Shown here: in pieces, positions 22,253 through 36,768 of the stretch
Numbering within the stretch: the first letter of the stretch is position 1
Layout of the letters: each line of letters starts with the position of its first letter
NCBI RefSeq assembly: GCF_006345805.1
Contig: NW_021831830.1
Coordinates: 1-64,000, forward strand
Reading direction: 5' to 3'
Length of the DNA stretch: 64,000 bases
From: Octopus sinensis
Taxonomy: Eukaryota
The notes under the pieces: generated by a model
What the model saw: only the letters and a program-made list of their open reading frames with translations
Database searches by the model: none
Told to the model about the DNA's origin: nothing
Made by a program: the position numbers and the translations under genes

Positions 22253-24207
22253 ATATATATATATTTATATGCGTGTGTATATATATATATGTATATATAT
22301 ATATGACCAAAGTTAGTTGAGTGTGAAGTTGGGGCATTTCCAGAGAAGTACTCAACCAGAATACTGGGCTGTATGCACCCTGCGCTTTGAGAGATTCACC
22401 TCCACCGCGTCAAATGGCAATCTAGCAGTGTACAATTCCGGCACGTTCATTGAGTATACGTGCTCGATAATGTTTACAACGCTAGCGCTGCTTCAAATCT
22501 TCAATTTCATATTTGAGTGTATATACATATATATATATGTATGTATGTATGTATGTATATGTGTGTGTCTTCGAGCCTGTCTTAGTCCACTACTTCCGCT
22601 TAACAACCGGTGTCTGTTGATTTTCATCCTCCTAACACAGCAATTTGGCAAAAGAGACCGATAGAATGAGTTGTAGGCTTTCAGACGTGTGATTACCGGG
22701 GTCGATTTGTTCGACTACAAATGAAACTTCCTGTCGCTGCCCCAGCATGTGCGCCGTCTGAAGACCGAAAAAAGAAAAATAATTTTCTTAAAAAAAAGAT
22801 AAACAACTATATCTATAAATTTATATCTTTAATAACCAACATCTGTGATAAGACAAAAGAAAATTAAATTGTTTGGATGGAAAAATAATACATTGTTTTT
22901 AATTTTTCTTCCTCAAAATTTTGGACAAAGCATTTTGAAATGTCAAGCGTACTTTTAGATTTCTTTTAAGTGAAGTTTACAAGATGGTTCTGTCAACATT
23001 TAAATGAAGAATGTTTGGTTATGAGGCTTTTGTTTTAGATTTACCTCAAGAGAAAAAAATTCTATTCAAATATGGTTATTAAAAACTAAATTGTTATTCT
23101 TTGTGAAATAGCTACATCATATTCTGTAAACCGCAAACTGGTGAAGACGAAGAAAAGGCTAAATTTTTTGATTACCATAAAGCAGGTAGGTCTACATCCC
23201 GAGAAAACGTGTTCTGGGAGGTGTAGGAATGATAATCTTTCTGGTGATAGGAAACTGAAATTCTGAGATCTACATGGCTTAGAAATTCTGAAACACATGT
23301 TACCAGAAAGAGCAATACAATCTGGTTGAAACGAGGTGGTTTTACCGATAAAAGATATGCTAAGAACCTTCTTTTAACCAAGAAAACCATTAAGGGTAGA
23401 AAACACGTTTTGGCTAAACAAGGTAGCTATGACTACGTTCCGTTTTCTATAGAAAGGTAAATATATATATTGAAAGTGAGTGATAATGTCCCAGGAGAAA
23501 AATTTGTCCCAGGAGAAAACATTTTCAAACAGTGATTAACATTGGGAAAGTATGAAACATGATTGGGGCGATATTGGTATATTGTTATGGATGGCCAGGG
23601 CTATGACAGTTGAAACAAAGTATTAGGTTTTCCGTCTGTGACGACGGTGATCAATCGGTTGTCCAACTGAATGCATTCTTTTTCTTGTATATCGCTGAGG
23701 ATTCAACAGAGAGAGGGGTGTCCATAAAGAAAATATGAAACCGACCCAGTGTGACATCAAGAGAAAACGTGGACGCAGAATCACCCCTAGCACCGATAAA
23801 ATATTTCAATTAGCAACTACGGACGCCAACGTTATGATTTGAACGCAAGTTTCAGAAGCCGGAACGAATACTTCGAGATACTCTATTTCATGATTTAACG
23901 ACTGTGTTTCGGTTTTGTTGAGCTAAAAATTGCAACGGGAACAAAGGTGGAGTCGAAATGTATCATGTTTGTGATTCGTTGTTAAACTTTATAAATTACA
24001 ATGCGTTATTTGTGTTAGAAAGATACCTGATTCATTTCATACAACTGCATATGGAATTGGTGTGTGACGTACATATATTTCATGTAAATGAAGAACGCGT
24101 GGTTTGAGGTATTCTGAAATGAGTGAAATCAACATGTACCTCCTCGTCATATTTTAATAATATACTGTTTAATTGCCTTTGAATATATATACATATATAT
24201 TATATAT

Positions 24208-24249
<42 letters not shown>

Positions 24250-24253
24250 TATA

Positions 24254-25356
<1,103 letters not shown>

Positions 25357-25930
25357 AGAGGGAAATCTGAGGGAGAGTGAGGCGGAGATTGACAGAAAAA
25401 GAGAGAGAGGGACAGAGTGAGACAAGGTCGAATGTAGCAGTGATGTGTGTTGTTTCAATGAAATTTGAATGGAATAAGAAATAAATTAAATATATTTTGC
25501 CGTTCTGGAGATTGGTGAATCAAGATTTCTATATTGATATTTGTCGCAGGTCTCTGCACGACAAAGAGTAAAACGGGCGAGGTGTTTGTGCTTGGTAACA
25601 GCATTGTTTGTACGCACGTGCCTGTCTGCATGGATATATATATATATATGTAATCTATACTTATATTTATGTTTACTTATGTTTATATTCTCTTTTATAT
25701 ATAGTCTACTTATACAACATTACTCTTTTATGTACATTCCTTTATGTACACTGATTTGTTCTGCTTTTTATATTTAACACTACAGTCTCTTATGTGGTGG
25801 TTTAATGGGGTGTGTGATTGAGTGTTGTCTGGTGGTTGATGTTTGATTTGGATGTATTTCTCCATTTTCTGATCTTGTATATATATATATACCGAATGTC
25901 AGATGGCCCAAGGGCCTTTCTCTCCCAGGA

Positions 25931-27847
25931 ATGACAAGATGTGAACGAGGACAGGCGAGGTCCCTCCTGAACCTCACCAACACCCTGTACATGGAGCAAG
26001 TAATACTCCAACCAACCAGAGCGGGTAACACACTGGATCTCTGCTTCACAGATAATATGGATCTCATCCATAATGTGAAAGTGACACCGACACTACTCGC
26101 GGATCACAACATGGTAGAGCTGACCATGTACGGGCCAAAAGAGAGCACGGACATGCAGCCTACAAGAAACCCTCAGAATCTTTCCAGCTTGAACTTCAAT
26201 AAGGCAAACTGGAAACAAATTGAGAAAGAGATCCTCAAACAAAACTGGCCTGAATGTCTCTCCTCGCCGGACATCGACATGATACTTCAACAATTCATGT
26301 CTGTAATGCAAGCCATATGCTACAAATGTGTCCCAGAGAGAAAGGCCACTGTACACAAGAACAAAATCCCCAGAGAGAGGAATATTTTAATGAGACGGCG
26401 TACAAAAATTTCAAATCGCCTAAACAAACAAATTGAAAGCAGTGAAAAGTCCCGCCTGAAAATAAAACTGTTGGAAATTGAAAATTGTCTGCAACTCTCC
26501 CATGAGAAGGAAAGAGCAGACAAAGAAGCCTGGGCTAAAGACAACATAAAAACTAACCCCAGAGCTTTCTACAGGTATGCCAAAGAAACAGCTACGGTAC
26601 ACTGTAGGATAGGGCCACTCCTTGAAAAGGATGGCACACTCACAGGAAAACCAATGAGGGTAAGTGAAATACTGAATGAACAATTCAAGAGTGTTTTCAC
26701 TCCACCCCTTGGGCATTTCCAAATCAGCAATCCAACTGACTTCTTTACCACTGCAGATATAGAATCAGAGGCGGCGACGATAAATTACATCGATATAAAG
26801 GAAGACGATGTAATAAAGGCTATAGATGAAATGAAAATAGACTCAGCTATTGGCCCCGATGGATTCCCGGCAATCCTCCTAAAAGTATGTAAGAGAGTCT
26901 TAGCAAGACCACTGCAGTTCCTCTTTCAGAGCTTCCTTGCAGCTGGCAAACTTCCAAGAAAACTGAAGGAAGGTAAAATATGCCCTATTCATAAAGGAGG
27001 TAGCAGAGCGGAGGCCAAGAACTACAGACCTATCTCTCTGACCTCACACATCAGCAAGGTCATGGAACGAATAGTCAGAAGGAAACTAATCACCTTCCTT
27101 GAAGAAAATGACTTGCTGCCTGACACCCAACATGGTTTCCGACCAGGAAGAAGCTGCTTAACTCAGCTCCTGCAGCACTATGACTGGGTGCTGAAACAAC
27201 TGCTCAACCACACAAATGTGGAAGTCATATATCTCGACTTCGCAAAGGCCTTCGATAAAGTCGATCATGGAATGATATGTCACAAACTGCGTGATCTTGG
27301 CATAGTTGGAAAACTAGGAGAATGGCTTCACGACTTTCTGAAGAATAGAAGTCAGGTGGTAGTAGCCAATGGGGCCACTTCCATTAGCACGCAAATAGTG
27401 AGCGGTGTTCCACAGGGCACTGTTTTGGGACCACTACTGTTCATAATGGCCCTCTCAGACATGCCCTCAGCCACGCGGAGAGCCACGATCACAAGTTATG
27501 CAGATGATACAAAAGTTTCACAGGCAATACAGAACCCTGAAGACACTAGGCACCTGCAATATGAGCTGGACGAAATATACAAGTGGGCTGAAAAGAATAG
27601 CATGCAGTTCAATGCTGAAAAGTTTCAAGCTTTATACTATCAGCATGCAAAACTGAATGCAATACCCAAGGAATACACTGGACCCGGAGGGATTGCAATC
27701 CCAGAGGCACAATCAGTGCGTGACCTGGGTATTCACATGAGTGATGACGCGACCTTTCATGTACATGTTGCTAAACTGACAATGAAATGCAGACGGCTGG
27801 CTGGATGGATTCTTAGAACCTTTAGAACAAGAGAACAAGAACCATGA
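25931..27847 (+). CDS. LINE ORF2 (APE C-terminus plus reverse transcriptase), 5'-truncated, part 1
   Basis: 638-aa ORF with NYRPISLTS, QHGFRPGRSC, IYLDFAKAFDKVDH, SGVPQGTVLGPLLF and YADDTK. Confidence 0.9.
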   Translation: MTRCERGQARSLLNLTNTLYMEQVILQPTRAGNTLDLCFTDNMDLIHNVKVTPTLLADHNMVELTMYGPKESTDMQPTRNPQNLSSLNFNKANWKQIEKEILKQNWPECLSSPDIDMILQQFMSVMQAICYKCVPERKATVHKNKIPRERNILMRRRTKISNRLNKQIESSEKSRLKIKLLEIENCLQLSHEKERADKEAWAKDNIKTNPRAFYRYAKETATVHCRIGPLLEKDGTLTGKPMRVSEILNEQFKSVFTPPLGHFQISNPTDFFTTADIESEAATINYIDIKEDDVIKAIDEMKIDSAIGPDGFPAILLKVCKRVLARPLQFLFQSFLAAGKLPRKLKEGKICPIHKGGSRAEAKNYRPISLTSHISKVMERIVRRKLITFLEENDLLPDTQHGFRPGRSCLTQLLQHYDWVLKQLLNHTNVEVIYLDFAKAFDKVDHGMICHKLRDLGIVGKLGEWLHDFLKNRSQVVVANGATSISTQIVSGVPQGTVLGPLLFIMALSDMPSATRRATITSYADDTKVSQAIQNPEDTRHLQYELDEIYKWAEKNSMQFNAEKFQALYYQHAKLNAIPKEYTGPGGIAIPEAQSVRDLGIHMSDDATFHVHVAKLTMKCRRLAGWILRTFRTREQEP

Positions 27848-28407
27848 TGGTCCTCTGGAAGACACTTGTCCTAAGCCACTTTGACTATTGCTCTCAGCTA
27901 TGGTCACCATCCAGTGTCAAGTTGATCACAGAACTTGAGGCGATCCAACGAAGCTACACGAAGAAGATAGCCTCTATGCAGAATGTAAGCTACTGGGAAA
28001 GACTCAAGAGATTAAAATTATATTCCCTGGAGCGTAGGCGGGAAAGATATGCCATAATATACATCTGGAAGATCCTGGAGGGAAGTGTCCTGAACTTTGG
28101 CATCGAGAGTTACGCAAATGCCAGAACTGGGCGCCACTGCGTGGTGCCTAGGACTCCAAACTTGCCATCAAGATGTAGGACAAGATTCTGTGATAGCCTG
28201 GGCTTCCGAGGCCCACAGCTCTTCAATATCCTCCCGAAGAACCTGAGAGACCTGCATGGGGTGGATACAGATGTCTTTAAAATGGAGCTGGATCTCTTCC
28301 TGTCAGGTGTCCCAGATGAACCAACTTCACGGCAGGAGGGGCAGATGAGGGCAGCTGCATCGAACTCTCTCATGCACCAAATAGCAGTTGCTAGAAAGCC
28401 TCCATGA
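27844..28407 (+). CDS. LINE ORF2 C-terminal part after a -1 frameshift
   Basis: LDYCS/LWSP-type motif (HFDYCSQLWSP), YWERLKRLKLYSLERRRER, LFNILPKNLR. One missing A at ~27841 (gaa(a)cc) joins the two ORFs. Confidence 0.85.
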   Translation: MMVLWKTLVLSHFDYCSQLWSPSSVKLITELEAIQRSYTKKIASMQNVSYWERLKRLKLYSLERRRERYAIIYIWKILEGSVLNFGIESYANARTGRHCVVPRTPNLPSRCRTRFCDSLGFRGPQLFNILPKNLRDLHGVDTDVFKMELDLFLSGVPDEPTSRQEGQMRAAASNSLMHQIAVARKPP

Positions 28408-28532
28408 AGTGAAACCAAGTAGCAACACCAAATGGCGGTGCCCCAGCATGGCCACAGCTCATAAGCTGAAACTAGAATCAATCAATCATCAATCAATCAA
28501 TCAATCATATATATATATATATATATATATAT

Positions 28533-28916
28533 ACTCTTTACTCTCTTTTACTCTTTTACTTGTTTCAGTCATTTGACTGCGGCCATGCCGGATCACCGCG
28601 TTTAGTCGAGCAAATCGACCCTGAGACTTATTCTTTGTAATCCCAGTACTTATTCTATCGGTCTCTTTTGCCGAACCGCTAATGATGGGGACGTAAACAC
28701 ACCAGTATCGGTGTGACAGACACACAAACATAAAGAATATACATACATATATACGATAGGCTTCTTTCAGTTTCCGTCTACCAAATCCACTCACAAGGCT
28801 TTGGTCGGCCCGAGGCTATAGTAGAAGACACTTGCCCAGGATGCCACGCAGTGGGACTGAACCTGGAACCATGTGGTTGGTTAGCAAGCTACTTACCAAA
28901 CAGCCACTCCTGCGCC
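28533..28916 (-). mobile_element. Full-length tRNA-derived SINE, family B
   Basis: Head GGCGCAGGAGTGGCTG..TGGTAAGTAGC...GGTTCCAGGTTCAGTCCC; tail ...GGCATGGCCGCAGTCAAATGACTGAAACAAGTAAAAGAG. Other near-full copies: 34263-34669 (-), 50256-50647 (-), 47365-47905 (+). Confidence 0.85.
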
Positions 28917-29013
28917 TATATATATATATATGTATATATATATGTATATATATGTGTGTGTGTGTGTGTATGTGTGTTTGTTTCGTGGTGTGCCTTTGTA
29001 GGTGTATACATAT

Positions 29014-29056
<43 letters not shown>

Positions 29057-29567
29057 ACATACATATATATATATATATGTATGTATGTATGTACATATAT
29101 CTCAGTGTTTACATACAAGCATGTGTGTGTTTGTGTTTGTGTGTATGTATGTGTATACATATGTTCATAAGCATGCATACACACTCACCATCGCGTGCAC
29201 TCAAAAATATACACTTATATTGATGTACATTCACGTCTTTTCTCACGCTGTCACACACACACACACACACATACACACCAACCTTGAGGCAGGAAGCTCA
29301 GATAAGGGCAACAACACCGTAATTCCTTCATTCACCAAATGCCTCATATCAGAGAAGGTATACATATGTGTAGTATATATATATAGTGATTGCTTTCTCT
29401 TGACAGAAGATAGACGTCCTATCAACACATACACCACACCCCTTCACACAGCACAATCCCTCCGTTGATGAGCCCTGAGATTACTCTTAAGGCTGACAGG
29501 ATTTAAAACACAAGTGACAGATATTCAAATTTCTTTGCCCTTTCGAATCTGGTTCTGAAGGAATGAA

Positions 29568-29659
<92 letters not shown>

Positions 29660-29669
29660 ATAAATAGAC

Positions 29670-29757
<88 letters not shown>

Positions 29758-29760
<3 letters not shown>

Positions 29761-30030
29761 GTTTCTTTATTAGCCACACAGGGCTGCATACAAACGGGAC
29801 AAATTACAAGGTAGAGCTTTTCTTCTTAGTGATAAAAAAGAAGGTTTGGATTTCGATCAAAAGGGATCGTAAAAGGAAAGAAAGAGGGAAGCAAAAATAA
29901 GTGGGGGGGATTAAAATAAAAGGAAAAAGAAAAAAATCGATCAATAGGGATCGTTACCACAGAAATGTCAATATAAAGTGTAAAGGGGAGGACAGGTGAG
30001 GTTTACCCGAGGAAAGAAAAATAGATAGAT
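29758..30030 (-). mobile_element. Possible 3' UTR of a LINE (L1/Tx1-like) ending in (TCTA)n
   Basis: Minus strand ends ...gtggctaataaagaaacat and runs into (TCTA)n; no coding evidence. Confidence 0.3.
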
Positions 30031-30098
30031 AGATATATCGTGTATCACCTAACTGTATCCCGGTCCAGATGTTTAGCGTGCTTCTCTCAGTTTGTATT

Positions 30099-30133
<35 letters not shown>

Positions 30134-30944
30134 ATAATTAAAGTTATATCAGACTGGAAAGAGGGCTACCTCTTTCGTAAATATCGAAACCGCCAAGCGC
30201 CAATTCGTAATTGACTCCTTTCACACAACGCGGCACATCTACCACAACCAGCAGCAACGCCACCACAAGCCAGCACCCACTCGCAACGCCCCTCCAACCC
30301 ACCCACCGCCGCCCTTTTAAAACTTAAATACTAAACTTAATCGATCAATTTCCTCCATTTCTTTCATGTATGACAACTTCCATAGCAGAAATAAATCTCA
30401 ATTAACCCTAATCGTTTATTTGCTGTCTCTCAATCTTTACAAACCCATCCAGATTGTTCGACTAATGTATCGTTAGCTTCATACTATTCGCTTTCTCTAC
30501 GATTTTAATTCTATATTTATTTTGGATTTTATTATTTGTATATATATATGTATTTTTTCATTCATTATATATGTGTTTTTCTTTATATATTTTTGGTTCA
30601 GGGAAGTTATTTCATAGTTTTTGTTTTTTTTGTGACTTCGGGTTTTTTGGGGTTTTTTTAGTTACTGATGTTTGTTTTCTCAATTTAATCTCTTTTAATC
30701 CGAAACTAATCTAAACTACATTTCCGTAGTAACAGCACGCATCTTCATATAGTTATAAGTGCAAACGCAAACACCTATGCACGCACACACACACACACAC
30801 ACACAGAATTATACAAATACAATTATAAATAAACTAGTACAGATATACAAGCTTTGACGGTAAATGTGTGTGTATTGATGTATTATATATATATATATGT
30901 GTGTGTGTTTAAATATGCAAATAAACACACACCCAACCACCCAT

Positions 30945-31237
30945 ACACACACACACATATATATATATACATATACATTCGTGTATATTTATAAACAGAT
31001 ATGTATATCAACTAGCAGTATGATTAATGCAGATATGTATGTATATATATATATGTTCATATTCATATATACACATTAATATACTTGTGTTTGTATGTTT
31101 GTGTGTGTGATGTACATATATAGTTTGTATATTTACACATAAATGTATAGATGTATAATATATATTTACACATACACATACATATATATATTTGCACACT
31201 CATATGCACAATATATGTGTATGTATGTCTATATATA

Positions 31238-31268
<31 letters not shown>

Positions 31269-31654
31269 GACACATTCAAACGTGCATACACAAAAAACAC
31301 TCACACACACACACATATATATATACATATACATTCGTGTATATTTATAAACAGATATGTATATCAACTAGCAGTATGATTAATGCAGATATGTATGTTA
31401 TATATATATGTTCATATTCATATATACACATTAATATACTTGTGTTTGTATGTTTGTGTGTGTGATGTACATATATAGTTTGTATATTTACACATAAATG
31501 TATAGATGTATAATATATATTTACACATACACATACATATATATATTTGCACACTCATATGCACATATATGTGTATGTTGTCTATATATATATATATATA
31601 TGTCTTCTATCAGTTATACGTTTCTGTCCATGTTGTATTTTTCTACATACCTTA

Positions 31655-31685
<31 letters not shown>

Positions 31686-31745
31686 ATATATAGACACATT
31701 CAAACGTGCATACACAAAAAACACTCACACACACACATACACACA
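30945..31745. repeat. Tandem duplication, period ~356 bp, within microsatellite-rich DNA
   Basis: cattcgtgtatatttataaacagatatg at 30976 and 31332. Confidence 0.85.
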
Positions 31746-31839
31746 TATATGAATATATGAAACTGCTTAAAGAAAATATAAATACTTAAAAATATTCATC
31801 CACACACTTATATACATTTATACATAAACACAGACACAA

Positions 31840-31893
<54 letters not shown>

Positions 31894-32846
31894 CATATAT
31901 TACGTATGCATTATGCATACACGGATAAATAAGCATACCTACAAGCAATGTGCTGTGCACATAAAGACACATTTGTAGATAAGAAGGAAAATGCCACTAA
32001 AAATAATTATGAAAAATATCTCATAAACAATTATATACCATGTAAAACAAAACATCAAATTGTAAATATGTAACTGATAAGAATTCACCCCCCAATCCCC
32101 ACACCACCACATACACACATACATTCAACTCCACCACACACACTCACCCCCACCACACACTTATGCACAGAAGAGAGCAAAAACAAACATATTCACTAAA
32201 AAACAAAATGGCGTATAAATTCAAGATTTTTCCCTCCATCTTTCACCCTCTTTCTTTCGCTCCCTCTCTTTCTTTGCTTCGTTCAATATCTAGTTTTACT
32301 TCTGTATCTATCGCATTATTTGAATCTGTTGCATAGTCAGAAAAATTAGACTTGTATTGGTATTAGTCTTCCTTAATTGACAAATAGATTTTGTCAAATA
32401 ATATTTTGATTTCAGATTTAAATTGCCATTTTCCTTAATTCCAACACTAATACCAATTGATCAAATTTGAAATATTTGACAGATAAAAATGATAAAATGG
32501 TGGCTACAAAGATATGTGATCTGAAGATTGTTGTATTATTTTGTTTTTATTTCGCTACAGTTTTCTAGTTTTATTACTACAAGAGTGCATATAATCGTGT
32601 TTCTGCATGGGGTAGAGTGGAATCTGTTGGTAACTATTGTTCAAAAAAGAAATCATTATTATTTTTATTTTTATTACTACTACTACTACCACCACTACTA
32701 CTACTACTAATACTTCTAATAATAATAATAATAATAATAATAACAATAATAATAGTGCTACAGCGGCTCCTGCTGCTACTGCTACCACCTCTACTGCTTC
32801 TAATATTATAATAATATTTCAATATATTTTTATCACTGTTGATATA

Positions 32847-32944
<98 letters not shown>

Positions 32945-32967
32945 TTTATTCATTTAATTATTTATTA

Positions 32968-33560
32968 TCTTCGAACGCTGGAGATGAACTAGGGTGCCAG
33001 CGGTACTAAGGTAACACACCTTATTTTTCGAGCACCTTCGGGAGTATTCGAACGGTTGCAAGCAGTGCTGTTGTCTGCAAGTACTCCACCTTTATTGCAG
33101 CCCCTATTTGTTCCATGTACATCTCAAGATTTTTACTTACTGTTCCCAGGGCTTCGACAGTTATTGGTACTGCTACCACCTTTTTCATCGACTACAACTG
33201 CTTAACTTCCCAAGCTAACCTGTCATATCCCTCGACTTTTCTTTCTTCCTTATCGCATACCTTGTTATCAGCTGGGCATGCTATATATACGATCCAGCAT
33301 CATTCGCTTTCTTTCTCAGTTAAAACTAAGTCTGGTTTCCTATTTTCTATCTCATGGTCGCACTGAATCATAAAATCCTACAGGATCTTTGCATTATCAT
33401 TTTCGATGATGCCTTCGCGTTTATGTTCGTACCAATTTTTCCCATAAACTCAGATCCTCCATTAAATGGACATTGCGGCACAGTTGCACATGTGTGCCAT
33501 GCGTCAGATGTAACGGTCGCAGAGCAACATAAAACGAAGTGATTTTTTCTGGAAACCACT
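32968..33560 (-). mobile_element. 3' remnant of a Dong/R4-clade LINE (restriction-like endonuclease domain) with (TAA)n tail
   Basis: Minus-strand GKNWYEHKREGIIENDNAKIL*DFMIQCDHEIENRKPDLVL...ACPAD...KEERKVEGY...VVAVPITVEALGTV...ALLATVRILPKVL, with stops. Followed by (TAA)n at about 32847-32935. Confidence 0.85.
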
Positions 33561-33639
33561 ACCACCTGAATCGAAGCCATGCAGTGTCCAAATCAATTCT
33601 ATCATACACCTTTACATATGTACATATATATATATTTCT

Positions 33640-34087
33640 TCACCACCCACAAGGGACTAGACATAGAGAGGACAAAAAAGGGGATTAAGCCGATTACATC
33701 GACCCAAGTGCGTAACTGGTACTTTATTTATCGACCCCGAAAGGATGAAAAGCAAAGTCGACCTCGGCGGAATTTGAACTCAGAACGTAACGGCAGACGA
33801 AATACCGCTAAGCATTTCGCCGGGGTGCTAACGATGCTGCCAGCTCGCCGCCTTTATATTTCTTTACTACCCACAAGGTGCTAAACACAGAGGGGACAAA
33901 CAAGGTCAGACAAAGGGATTAAGTCGATTACATCGACCCCAGTGCGTAACTGGTACTTATTTAATCGACCCCGAAAGGAAGAAAGGCAAAGTCGATCTCG
34001 GCGGAATTTGAACTCAGAACGTAACGGCAGACGAAATAACGCAAAGCATTTCGCCCGGCGTGCTAATGTTTCTGCCAGCTCGCCGCC
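33640..34087 (-). mobile_element. Head-to-tail dimer of SINE family A
   Basis: Two GGCGGCGAGCTGGCAG heads, at about 33850 and 34087. Further copies at 35084-35330 (+), 45038-45206 (-) and 61038-61195 (+). Confidence 0.85.
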
Positions 34088-34262
34088 TTTATGTACAAAT
34101 ATATATACAAATATACATATGTGTACGTGCGTTTGATGTGTATATATAAATGCGTTTTCATATATGTATACATAGTTCATAAGAACAAACAGAGAATAAA
34201 TAACTGCCCGCCATTTAACGTTATTTATTTTGTCGTTAAATTCATATATGCATGTGTATATA

Positions 34263-34467
34263 CTCTTTTGTTTCAGTCATTTGACTGTGGCCATGCTGGA
34301 GCACCAACTGTAGTCGAGAATATCGATCCCCAGGACTGATTCTTTGTAAGCCTAGTACTTATTCTATCGGTCTCTTTTGCCGAAGCGCTAAGTTACGGGG
34401 ATGTAAACGCACCTGCATCTGTTGTTAAGCGATGTTGGGGGGGACAAACACAGACACCCAGACATAT

Positions 34468-34498
<31 letters not shown>

Positions 34499-34669
34499 CA
34501 TATATACGACGGGCTTCTTTCAGTTTCCGACTACCAAATCCACTCACAAGGCTTTGGTCGGCCCGAGAATATAGTAGAAGACACTTGCACAAAGTGCCAT
34601 GCAGTGGGACTGAACCCGGAACAATGTGGTTGGTAAGCAAGCTACTTACCACCCAGCCACTCCTACGCC
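34263..34669 (-). mobile_element. Full-length SINE family B
   Basis: Colinear with 28533-28916. Confidence 0.85.
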
Positions 34670-35676
34670 TATATATGAATGTATGTATATAAATGTGTGA
34701 ACGCGTGTGAGAGCACGCGTGTATATACATTGTATATACAAACCAATGCATAAAACGTTCACCCTTTCTTTTTCACTTCTATTTTTCTGCATATATCAGT
34801 ATTCATGTATGTATATATGTATGTGTGTGTGCGTCTATGTGTTTGTATGTGCGTTTGTCTGCGTGTGTGTTTGGGTATATATAATCTTTATACATCCCGG
34901 TATATTTATTTATGCATATATTCTTTCATTTGGCTCTCCTTGAGCTGCGCCCTGCCTGAATCTAGTTTGTTGTAGGAATAATTTCTCTGCGTGCAACCGC
35001 ATACGTATCACCTGACCTACCATCAAACGAACCATTTGCCAACAAGGAAACAAGCGATCAATACGAGGCCAATATCAAAGACGTTGAGCTGGCAAAAGTG
35101 TTAGCACGCCCGGCGACATGCTTAGCGGTATCTTGTCTGCCGTTACGTTCTGAGTTCAAATTCCGCCGAGGCCGACTTTGCCTTTCATCCTTTCGGGGTC
35201 GATAAATTAAGTACCAGTTACGCACTGGGGTCGATATAATCAACTTAATCCGTTTGCAAGTCCTTGTTTGTCCTCTCTGTGTTTAGCTCCTTGTGGGTAG
35301 TAAAGAAACAGGTATTTCATCTGCTGTTGAGTTCTTGACAGCCTGTATACTAGAAATAGACGTCAAAATGAAAATATACGAAATAAAAAACGTTTTTCAT
35401 TTCGTATATTTTCATTTGTCTAGCTTATTTTTACGCTTTGGTTTTTTGCTGAATTTTTTCTTGAGAACACATTCTCCGTGGAAAATGGTGATTTCGAAAT
35501 CTATGTTTAGCATACAGGCTGTCCACTTTTAGTGGTCAATCCTCTACATTTTGTATGTAAATCATTTTTTAATCTTCGGATTTTTTAAATATGCTAGGCA
35601 ACTGGTTTAATTGATCAATATCAATTTCTACCCTTATTTAATTTTATATACATATATATATATATATATAATATAT

Positions 35677-35707
<31 letters not shown>

Positions 35708-35712
35708 TATAT

Positions 35713-35746
<34 letters not shown>

Positions 35747-36606
35747 CTATATATATATATATATATATATATTATATGCAAACTCCTCGTTGATCAAACT
35801 TCCTTTTTCTACCTCATTCTTCATGGATGGACTAACACAAATATATAAGGATACATGCATTCATCACTTCAAGCTAAAACTTATATTCTTTAAATATCAT
35901 TTTTACTATTGTTGTTATTACTATCATTTTTATTATATATGATATAACAATCTGAAATGTAATTGTCTATGCAAATTTATATAATTAGAAAATAATATAA
36001 ATAAAGTGTTAAAATCTGAAAGTTAAATTAACAAACAATTATATAAAAAAGATAATGCAAATGAAACTAAAATGAAAATTTTATAATTTGGGGTTTATTA
36101 GCAGCCTTTATTGAAGAACTCAAAAGACTTGTCTCCCCTTATTCACAACACAGGAACTGAAGAACCACAATTACTACTACTTCCTGTTTTGCCAACATCC
36201 TAAATTAAACCAAACAACAGATGGTCTTAATCCCATTGGATCCTAATACCTCAAGGTAATTTTTTCGTGAACAATCATTAAACTCAAGATACACAACGAA
36301 CTCACAATGTATCGGAGTACTTATTTTTTAATTTTTATACATATCTATTATTATTCTTTTGCAAAAAACAATGCAACTTTTTTTCCCCTTTCTCATTTTT
36401 AAAAAACTTTTTTACCTAACTATTCTTGATAAGTCACACTATGACGAAAACCGGTTTGAATAAATATATATTTATATATTTTATCAATTTCTCATTTCAT
36501 TAAAATTTTCTTTCAATTTAGCATTCTGCATTTTTACAAGTTTTCCTTGCTTATCATTTCTCCACGTGCGGTCAACACAACCCCACCATTTATTGATCTA
36601 TATATA

Positions 36607-36644
<38 letters not shown>

Positions 36645-36732
36645 GAGAATTCATGAAAAAAACAAAAGACGAAGACAGGTGGTGTTTAAAGCAAACAGAT
36701 GTATTAGTATAACGCTCAGGAATTGAAAACAT

Positions 36733-36768
36733 CTTTTACGTTTCGAGCCTACGCTCTTCCACAGAAAG
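36733..36768 (-). ncRNA. Minimal HHR-like motif (variant core) in a PLE-type 3' repeat
   Basis: CTTT-CTGTGGA-A-GAGC GTAG GCTC-GAAA-CG-TA-AAAG; the same family occurs at 56979-57014 (+). Confidence 0.4.

Larger units (their letters stand above)
25892..28507 (+). mobile_element. 5'-truncated CR1-superfamily LINE with (ATCA)n tail, flanked by (TA)n
   Basis: Starts inside the APE endonuclease (PNVRW...TRAGNTLDLCFT...LADHNMV). Has the RT motifs, a short 3' UTR and an ATCA-repeat tail at 28477-28507. Confidence 0.9.
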
